DNA of 63,420 bases, filler included, from Octopus bimaculoides (lineage: Eukaryota): assembly GCF_001194135.2 (NCBI RefSeq). It is 4 parts of 4 records of this genome, joined end to end, with 100 filler letters (N's around TTAATTAATTAA, not from the genome) between each part and the next. Parts side by side here need not be neighbours in the genome. Positions count along the whole stretch, not along the records: positions 46,534 to 57,422 come from NC_068999.1; positions 57,523 to 63,420 come from NC_069005.1; 2 more parts are not named here. One strand, written 5' to 3'. The notes beneath the pieces are model-generated. The model was not told where the DNA came from. It did not search any database and saw only the letters and a list, made by a program, of their open reading frames with translations. The position numbers and the translations under genes were made by a program. The stretch's first letter is position 1, and the number at the start of each line of letters is the position of its first letter. This document shows, one piece after another, positions 54,690-63,420 of the stretch.

Positions 54690-54885
54690 GAAATTAACTT
54701 GCTATGCATTTCACAGACACGTGTGCCCTTAACGTGATTTGCAGGGCAACACAGCGTAACACAGAAAGTGAAAAGATGTCCATTAGAATTACTTCTGCTA
54801 CGGAACACGCCGGCCGGCAGGAATCGAACACACAACTCAACGACTGTGAGCAGAATATCGACACCAGTATGCCACGCACTTCACA
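54690..54885 (-). mobile_element. tRNA-derived SINE sharing its 3' domain with 6664-7019
   Basis: The minus strand has GTGTTCGATTCC (B box) and GTTAAGGGCACACGTGTCTGTG. Confidence 0.6.
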
Positions 54886-54907
54886 ACACACACACATGCA
54901 CACAATC

Positions 54908-54946
<39 letters not shown>

Positions 54947-55673
54947 GACATATGTCTGTATTTATATATATATGTATGCATAAGCGCGCGTATGCGTGTA
55001 TGAACAATATTTAAGAACACTTAATATACGATTGGATAGAAACTCATTGAGCATTAAACCGCCTGATTCCCGGAAATAATCCGATATTAAATCGTTTCCT
55101 ATTGATTTGTCGATTGGAAATATAAATGATACGGAGTGAAAACACAAATAGATAAAATATTACATCATAAAATTCATAACATTTTCAACATATATAATAG
55201 TTTGTTATTTACGGAATATATAAAAAAAAAATAGTAACAGATGAACGTATAACATAATAATACAGTTTATTTTAGGGCATAAATAAAACATATCCTTCAT
55301 ATTGCACTTTATAGATTTCTTCACAAGGGATGTATTAATTAAAAATAGGAACTTTTAAAATCTATTTTTATGTTCTACGCTACATACAGTAAATTAAGTA
55401 TTAGTTACAGTAAAAATGTTTATCAATAAATGCGTATTGTATTTACAAGGAACAGAGTTCAAGATAAGCTTCGTCTTTGGGAAGTGAGATTTCATCAGCT
55501 GAGACCCTTTCCGTGTAAAGAAAAGAATAAGCACCGTAGTGAACGAGTTTTCTCTCACACCCTTTCACACATCCATATAGCATCTGCACACACACAGACA
55601 TACACAGACACACACACACGCAAACAAACACACCTACAAATATACCAGTGTCTGTGTGTGTGTGTGTGTGTGC

Positions 55674-55722
<49 letters not shown>

Positions 55723-56203
55723 AGAGATAGAGAGAGGAAATACTTTGCCATACGTGTATGATTTTCTGATATGCTGGGATGATGAAGTGTTTACGTTCAT
55801 GAAATGTTATAGCTTAGAATCGTTTTCGCTTATCATAAATGACATTCTTTTATTGTTAACTACTGCCCACATATTTTATTCAAATTTTACGTAGAAAATA
55901 GAAATGGATTTCAATATATTTCTATTTGTAATTAATATTCTTGTCAAGGATAAATAAAGGTTATACTTTATCTAAGCTTGTTAATTATTCATTGCGTTAA
56001 AAATGACACTTAAATACGACATTTTTAGATGTTCGATTATCTTTATTTATTTTCCATAAGTCTCAATCATTATAACATACACTGAAAATTTTATTAATTT
56101 TATGACATATCATATATATATATTTGCGTTTCTATTGCATATAATTTATGTTTTATGGCCAATTTAATGCAAAATAATTCCATGTAAGAATAATTCCGTT
56201 TAT

Positions 56204-56261
<58 letters not shown>

Positions 56262-57381
56262 TGTTTGTGTGTTTGTGTGTTCTATGATCATATGACAAAT
56301 CATTTCTTATACCTCCTTAGATACTCTGGACATACAAATACAGAGACACGCTCATTCTTCGGCGAACATGCTCGCCTGCAAATGACGTTGTTTTACATAA
56401 AGGTTGTTGGTTTTGCATTCATAGCAAATACAAAAAACATCTAATGACAAAGAAAATGCCACTGTTATCAGTTCTACAAATCGCCCTTAGAGAATATTTG
56501 ACAATTATCAGATTCATATCTTATCCTATTTAGTTATGTAAATATTAATTATTGAATCATAAGAAAGCAAGTGGTGCCCATCAGTCACTGATGAAAACCC
56601 GCAGCTAATACGTTTACACAATAAGGCTACATATGTTAGTGTTCTTTTGTTGTTGTTAGCCGAATTATATATTGGACAGCAGCAGCATATGGAAAATTTT
56701 TATATGCATACTATATTTGCCGAAAGAGAAGGTCGATTAAGGTTAATGTAATATACTTAAATAGCCAGCAGCCGGGTGCCATAAATATAACATAGCTCTG
56801 TTAAATGACTTCCAATTTGTTTTGTTATTCTATGTTATTAGTTCAGTGACGCCGGGTCAGTAAAATATTTACTAATCATGTTCTTGGATCTAATTCAATT
56901 GCTTATGATAATCGCCTGGACATTTCCTGTCTAATACCAACGTCATTAATCAATATTAAGAAAATAAATTATATTTAGCAACTTGGCTGAAAACAATAAT
57001 TTGTAGATGGCACCATTTTTATATATTTTCGAATATAGACCGTTTCATATATAACAATAAGTAGCTTTTCAAATCATGAAGCAAACACCATCTACGCATT
57101 CATTAAATGAAATGAAGTTTTGTAGGTGATATGAGAGTGTTAGAAATACGCATATATTATATAAAACAAATATGTTAGGAAAATGTATATGAAGTGGTTT
57201 GGATTCAAACATTCATGGAATCGAGTATTGTGATGACGAAGCCCATGGTAATTCACCACTTTCCATTTTATTAATTCTCATTGCACTGCTTTTGTCTATA
57301 CGTGTTCGTATTCGCGCCTATATTTATATCTATGTCTCTCCTGACCTTTCTGTATACATTTTTACATATATATGTATATAT

Positions 57382-57422
<41 letters not shown>

Positions 57423-57522
57423 NNNNNNNNNNNNNNNNNNNNNNNNNNNNNNNNNNNNNNNNNNNNTTAATTAATTAANNNNNNNNNNNNNNNNNNNNNN
57501 NNNNNNNNNNNNNNNNNNNNNN
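57423..57522. other. Artificial scaffold linker N44-TTAATTAATTAA-N44
   Basis: Spacer at 57467-57478 with 44 N on each side. Confidence 0.95.
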
Positions 57523-57595
57523 GATAGAAGTTTAGGATGTTGTTACATAACGACTTCACAGTGTGACATAGCATGTGCATAACAGACATGCATAT

Positions 57596-57635
<40 letters not shown>

Positions 57636-57639
<4 letters not shown>

Positions 57640-57799
57640 AGGAGTGGCTGTGTGGTAAGTAGCTTGCTTACCAACCACATGGTTCCGGGTTTGGTACCAC
57701 TGTGTGTGGCACCTTGGGCAAGTGTCTTCTACTATAGCCTCGGGCCGACCAAAGCCTTGTGAGTGGATTTGGTAGACGGAAACTGAAAGAAGCCCGTCG
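57636..57799 (+). mobile_element. SINE family B head (CORE-like CCTTGGGCAAGTGTCTT motif)
   Basis: GCGCAGGAGTGGCTGTGTGGTAAG...CCTTGGGCAAGTGTCTTCTACTATAG...AAGAAGCCCGTCG, followed by (TA)n. Confidence 0.8.
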
Positions 57800-57999
57800 T
57801 ATATATATGTATATATATATATAGCCGGTTTCAGCCAGGTTGGCATCAAAAGGGTTGAAAATATCATGGTGACATTAACCCTTTTGTGACCATATTTCTG
57901 TTGAGATGCTCTGTGTTTCTTTCAATTAATTTTAAGTATAACAAAGAATTTAGTAAACTAACTTAGTTATCATTCAGCTAGTATTAGGAACATAAATTT

Positions 58000-58310
58000 G
58001 AGAGGTCACGGCTCCGATACTACAGATATGGGATTAGATGGTAGCAGGAAATGACTGCAAGACGAATGCTGGATGCTGAGCCAACCAGCAAGGAGACCTA
58101 AGGGTAGACCAAAAATTTGCAATGGTTGGATAATGATCCATAATCTCAGTTTGTCTCACTTGGGAACCCAGCCAGAAAGTGTAAGGATGATTGCTTCTGA
58201 TAGGACCCTATGGACAAGGTGTCTCAGGGACCAACCAACCCCCACCCACCCCCACAACTCACCCAGGCATAGCAGGCAGACAAGAAGGATGGATGGATGG
58301 ATGGAAGGAT
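58000..58310 (+). mobile_element. RTE-clade LINE 3' end with (GATG)n tail, in the SARM1 upstream intron
   Basis: ERSRLRYY...RRMLDAEP..RPKGRPK...IASDRTLWTRCLRD, followed by GGATGGATGGATGGATGG. Confidence 0.7.
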
Positions 58311-58381
58311 CAAATAAGATAACTTTGTCTTTCTTTTTTAAAATAACCACTGCCCCTTTTTTTTTTCGCCTTTCATTCTAG

Positions 58382-58571
58382 TTTACTTAAGGTTCACTTA
58401 CAACTCCGAGGGTTTTCAGTTTTCCTTGATATAGAGCGGCTACGAGCGGGTAAATTCGATGTAGGTTTGCTAAAGAGTGTACAAAAAGCCAGAAATTTCA
58501 TCCTCGTCCTCACACCTCAAGCCTTAGATCGTTGTATTGGTGATAACGAGAGGAAAGACTGGGTCCACAGG
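58382..58571 (+). CDS. SARM1: SARM1 TIR-domain exon (alphaA to alphaC, includes the BB loop)
   Basis: Pyrimidine-rich acceptor TTTCATTCTAG and donor CAGG/GTAAGT. 190 nt, entering after a phase-2 intron and exiting at phase 0. Translates (S)[63 protein letters not shown], which aligns without gaps to human SARM1 [64 protein letters not shown] (recalled sequence). Confidence 0.96.
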
Positions 58572-58660
58572 GTAAGTTGACAATTATCTATTTATACATG
58601 GTTATATTTGTCTGTTTTTCATTTAATTAATTATTATCAATTTATTATTATTATTTTTAC

Positions 58661-58726
<66 letters not shown>

Positions 58727-58755
58727 TCCCTGCCAAATGATAATGATGTTATTAG

Positions 58756-58990
58756 TGAGGGTGCGTGGCCTGGTGGTTACGGTGTTGCATTCGTAATTGT
58801 CAGATTGTGGTTTCAGTTCTCAGACTGGGTGGTGCATTGTGTTCTTGAGCAAAACACTCCATCTCACGTTGCTCTGGAATGCTTTCGACACCTGACATGT
58901 GGCACACTGCACACCTGTTCACATGGAAAATGTGAGCTAATGTACAGCACGTACATTTGATCTCTATAAACAAGCCTTTTGTCCAGGTCA
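58756..58990 (+). mobile_element. Degenerate tRNA-derived SINE in the SARM1 intron 58572-59205
   Basis: TGGCCTGGTGGTTA A-box-like head and TTGTGTTCTTGAGCAAAACACT core-like motif. Confidence 0.55.
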
Positions 58991-59205
58991 TTCAACAAAA
59001 AACTGAAACACTCATACATCATCTTCAACGAGAGTCCATCATTATTATTATTATTATTATGTGTGGCCTTCTTGTGAGAAGCTGTCGATCAAAAGGTAAA
59101 GATCCGAAGGATTATTATTATGATTATTGTTGTTGTTATTGTTGTTGTTCTGTCACTTCAAGGTACTGATAATTTTTTCGTTGTTTTCTTTGTGTCTATT
59201 TGCAG

Positions 59206-59327
59206 GAAATTGCCGCAGCGTTAGAACACAAGTGTAACATAATTCCTTTAATGGACAATTTTGACTGGCCTCCTTGTGAGAAGCTTCCAGAAGACATACG
59301 TTCTGTCACATGTTTTAATGGAGTCAG
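59206..59327 (+). CDS. SARM1: SARM1 TIR-domain exon starting with the catalytic glutamate
   Basis: Acceptor TGTCTATTTGCAG and donor AG/GTAAAT. 122 nt, phase-compatible with both neighbours. Translates [40 protein letters not shown](R), matching human [41 protein letters not shown]. The first codon GAA corresponds to E642. Confidence 0.96.
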
Positions 59328-59432
59328 GTAAATAATTAATATCACCTTGTTATTGGCGGTTGGATGTTTTTGTTTTGTTTGTAAGAGTTGAGCCATGTAA
59401 AACCAAAATCGTATCTGTGGCTTGTGCCTCTT

Positions 59433-59730
59433 GACTGGCTCCCGTGCTGGTGGCATGTAAAAAGCACTGTCCGAATGTGGTCAATGCCAGCTCCCCCTGA
59501 CTGGCTCTCATGCCGGTGGCACGTAAAAAGCACCATCCAAAGATGGCCAATGCCAGTACCCCCTGACTGGCTCTCATGCCGGTGGCACGTAAAACGTACC
59601 ATCTGAATGTGGCTGATGCCCATACCCCGTGACTGGCCCCCATGACAGTGGCACATAAAAAGCACTATCCGAATGCGATTGATGCCAGGCCCTGTGCTGG
59701 TGGCACATGAAAAGCACCCACTACACTCTC
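59433..59730 (+). repeat. 66-bp tandem array (about 4.5 diverged copies) in the SARM1 intron 59328-60358
   Basis: GACTGGC units start at 59433, 59499, 59565 and 59631, each containing GGTGGCACGTAAAAAGCAC-like sequence. The array runs into GGTTGGTGTTAGGAAGGACATC...GTAGAAAC. Confidence 0.9.
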
Positions 59731-60358
59731 AAGAGTGGTTGGTGTTAGGAAGGACATCGAGCTGTAGAAACATTGCCAGATCAGATTGGAGCCTGGTGCA
59801 GCCTCTGGCTCTCCAGACCTCAGTCTTTACATTCTGAGTTCAAATTCCACTGAGGACGACTGCCTTTCATCCTTTCGGGGTCAATAGAATAAGTACCAGC
59901 TGAGCACTGGGGTTGATGTAATCAACTCGCCCCCACCCCCCATACTTGTCGGCCATGTGCCAAAATTTGAAATCATCATCATCACCGAGGCAGTGAATTG
60001 ATAGATCTATTATTGCATCGAACAGGATGCTTAGCAGCATTTCTTCTGACTCTTTACATTCTGTGTTCAAATCCTGCTAAAGTCAACATTGCCTTTCATC
60101 CTTTTGCAGTCAATAAAACAAAGTACCAGTCGAGTGCTAAGCCCCTTCCCCTTACATCCCCATGACTTAGTGGTTCAGCAAAAAGAACTGATAGAATAAC
60201 AGCCAGACTTAAAATTAAGTGTTGGTTTGTTCAGCTAAACGCTTCAAAGCAGTCCTCCAGCATGGCCACAGGATTAAAGGTATGAATACACCATGAGAGC
60301 GTTACTAATATCACTTCAATTAATTAATTTGATTTATTTATTTTTTTTTTAACCCTAG

Positions 60359-60554
60359 GTGGATTCACGATTACCAAGATGCCTGTGTTGACAAAATCGA
60401 ACGGTTTTTACGAGGTGACGTGAATGTGAAAAGGGGACAGCTTCAGTCCTTAAGTAATCAGGGATCGTTTGAAGACCCAGTAATGGCACAGTTCAAGTGG
60501 AGCAGCAGCAGCAGCAGCGAGAATGATTCCCCACCAAAGAATTCCCCAAGTTAA
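60359..60554 (+). CDS. SARM1: SARM1 terminal coding exon (end of TIR plus Ser-rich tail)
   Basis: Acceptor poly-T-AACCCTAG after a phase-2 intron. Translates (R)[64 protein letters not shown], with stop TAA at 60552-60554. [16 protein letters not shown] is the invertebrate Sarm signature. Confidence 0.93.
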
Positions 60555-60585
60555 CTAAGATCTTTTACCTAACCGTTTCTTTGTA

Positions 60586-60595
60586 AATAAATAAA
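60586..60595 (+). promoter_or_regulatory. Possible polyadenylation signal of SARM1 (two overlapping AATAAA)
   Basis: AATAAATAAA about 30 nt after the stop. The context is AT-rich, so chance occurrence is likely. Confidence 0.3.
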
Positions 60596-60799
60596 TATGT
60601 AGGTATATGTATGTGTGTATGAACATATATATATATGTTCATATATTTGTATATATATTTGTATATATATGTGCATATATATATATGTATATATATGTAT
60701 ATATATGTATATATATATCTATATATATATATATGTGTGTACATATATATGTGCTTACATATGAGTATATATATGTTTATATATATAAGTGCATACATA

Positions 60800-60852
<53 letters not shown>

Positions 60853-60906
60853 GTAATGCATATATATATAAATACATATGTATGCATTTATATATATATA
60901 TATGTA

Positions 60907-60962
<56 letters not shown>

Positions 60963-61200
60963 TACATATGTATTTATATATATATGCATTACATATGTAT
61001 GTGTGTGTGTATATATATGTATATGTATACATACATATATATGTATATATACATATATGTACATATATACAATATATACTTATTTCATCTATATATATAT
61101 ATATATATATGCGTACAAGCATATCTATACCTATATGTGTATATACGCACATATACATACATACATATACACACATGCATACACACAAATACATATATGA
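60596..61200. repeat. Long compound (TA)n/(TG)n/(CA)n microsatellite just after the SARM1 stop
   Basis: Direct inspection. Confidence 0.9.
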
Positions 61201-61610
61201 ATTCTATTCACTAATAGCTGCTATTTCACGTAACACTCAACACTCACTCCTTGGTGCCCAGAACAAACAAACAAAAAAGCTGAAACTTTAGAGAAGTTTT
61301 TGAATGAAATTTGGGCCAAAATTGTAATGAGTTTACTTTTAAAAAATTGATTATTTTTTAAAATTATTTCCATTTTAAATAATATTTAATGAAATTAAAC
61401 ACTACAAAATATCTCGGAAATAACTTTCAGGCATTAAAGTAAGAAGCATAATAATAATAATAATGATGATAATAAAAATAATAATAATAGTAGGTTTGTG
61501 AACAGAAAATGCAGTAAGACTAAATGACATTTTGGACAAAATATTTTACAATACCTTTCCCTACCTTCTTAGTTTTTGATGTGTGTGTGTGTGTGTTTAT
61601 GCATATTTTC

Positions 61611-61641
<31 letters not shown>

Positions 61642-61805
61642 TTATAAAATCTGGTAATTATTCATATATTAATTAATATCGATTAATTATCAGGAGGCCA
61701 GCACATCTAAAGAATCAAAGAGATTCAGAAATATTATCTGCAATCTCAGGGGATTAATGTACATTTTAAAAAAATAACGTTGACCACTAACGTGGACAAT
61801 ATATT

Positions 61806-61857
<52 letters not shown>

Positions 61858-61965
61858 CACATATATATACACATATATGTATTAATGTTTGGTTTTGTGT
61901 TCCATTAAAATAAAAACAGATTTACACTAATCTTATGGGTTACTCTATACTTTTGTAGAGTACAA

Positions 61966-62096
61966 ATTTATTATTCTTAGACAAGAATGTTGTCGACAGT
62001 GACTTCGAAGTTTTGGCCAGCTAAGCTACCATTGAACTTAGCTGGTCGAAACCTCAGGGTCACTATCAATGATATTCTTGTTTAAGAAAAATAAAT
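61966..62096 (+). other. Ungapped 60-bp imperfect palindrome/hairpin
   Basis: Arms 61966-62025 and 62037-62096 around loop CTACCATTGAA. Hand count on the plus strand gives 47 Watson-Crick pairs, 8 G-U pairs and 5 mismatches. Confidence 0.85.
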
Positions 62097-62215
62097 ATAT
62101 GTGTGTGCATGTGTTGAATGGGTTGGGTGTCTTTTCAGTTTTCATCTACCAAAACCACTTACAAAGCTTTGGTTATCCTAGGACTACAGTAGAAAACATT
62201 TGGGCAAGGTACCCT

Positions 62216-62256
<41 letters not shown>

Positions 62257-63420
62257 TATATATATGTATTATATATTATATATGTATATATAAATGTAGT
62301 ACCCTTGTGTATGTATATATATATATATATACATACATATATATATAAATTAAGGTTTACTTTGGAGTATAGCCCTTGATTTTGAGCTCAAAGTAATAGC
62401 TATACTCCATAGTAAAACTTAGCATGGAAAATAAACACTGCTAGCATGTCTGTAATGTGTGTGTGTGTGTGTGTACACATATATGTATTTATATGTACAT
62501 AGAAAGTACAAATGTACACTTATACAGTACATATGTATACACATATGTACACTTCTACAGTACATATGTATACACATATGTACTGTATAAGAAGGTTCTT
62601 AGGTGTCTGTCCAAAATGTCTTAGTGCTGCTGCATTTTCTATTTCTTCCTTTACTTCTGCTCAAAATAAAACAACTAAGAATCTCTTCAAATCAAAACTT
62701 GCCGCAAAATTACTATGATGGCTTACATAGTGACTATTGGACTATTTGGTCATGAGTTCAAACCTCGCTACTGAACTCTGTGTCGTCTCCCTGTCACGGC
62801 ACAGACCCCCTGCTTGCTTCAGTCTGTTTCGGAAGACAAGAGGTTACTACTCTCACTTCGGAGGTTAGCGAGAGCTTAGTAGCAGGTAGAGGGCCATTTT
62901 AGAGTGTAAGAATTAACCAAAAATAAATGAAAATAATTCTATTGAATAGGCGTGGCCAAAGAATTATGTGCAAGGCTTGAGGTTTACAAATCATGAAACC
63001 CATGCTAGCACAAGTTAATGAATTTGGAACAAAATTAAATTCGTTGTCTTTAACTGTAGAGCTCTTGTATCTATTATACAAATTTTCTCCATGTTCAAAA
63101 AATTTTTTTTTTTTTTTTCTATTTATTTATTTATTTATTTTTGAATGATCTTTAAATGTAACTGATAATAATGACTTTTGATATAATTCTGTCATTTATT
63201 CTGTGAGTCTGTTTTTCCAAATTCCGGCTTATGACACTAGCCGTTTAGTTAGTCCATGGAAAATTCTAGATAAAAATTTGTTATAAAATGTATAAATGCA
63301 TATGTATGTGTGTGCATACATACACACACACACATGTATATATATATATATATGCATACATACATACATGCATACATGCATGCATATATACATACATATA
63401 CATACATACATACATACATA

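Noticed and set aside
57844-58000. TTAACCCTTT piggyBac-like MITE ends (similar at about 11035-11255)
   Set aside because: The matching ends are degenerate or missing, so element boundaries cannot be supported.
59342-59665. Antisense ORFs of 97-107 aa in the SARM1 intron
   Set aside because: They are a by-product of the 66-bp period and show no independent coding signal.
25-63411. The many IYIY, HTHT, CVCV, SLSL and poly-I/poly-H ORFs in the track
   Set aside because: They are translations of di-, tri- and tetranucleotide microsatellites or N gaps, with no domain content.

Overview
Eukaryotic, very AT-rich DNA packed with microsatellites and SINEs. The repeat content looks most like an octopus or other coleoid cephalopod genome (inference, not verified). 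Three identical artificial N44-TTAATTAATTAA-N44 linkers split the window into four separately assembled blocks: 1-17559, 17660-46433, 46534-57422 and 57523-63420. The only protein gene I can identify is SARM1. Its last three coding exons (58382-58571, 59206-59327, 60359-60554, + strand) encode most of the TIR NADase domain, including the catalytic Glu. I did not find the upstream ARM/SAM exons in the called bases. The rest is mostly mobile DNA: a Penelope-like terminal module with a tRNA-like Pol III head and a minimal hammerhead ribozyme, a Penelope RT fragment, a Dong/R4-type LINE end next to (TAA)n, a near full-length mariner fossil, a Gypsy LTR-PBS-gag remnant, RTE and CR1-like ends, and several tRNA-derived SINE families. 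There is also a 66-bp tandem array inside a SARM1 intron and an ungapped 60-bp hairpin 1.4 kb downstream of the SARM1 stop. Almost every ORF in the supplied track is a microsatellite or gap artefact. Coordinates of degenerate repeats are approximate.
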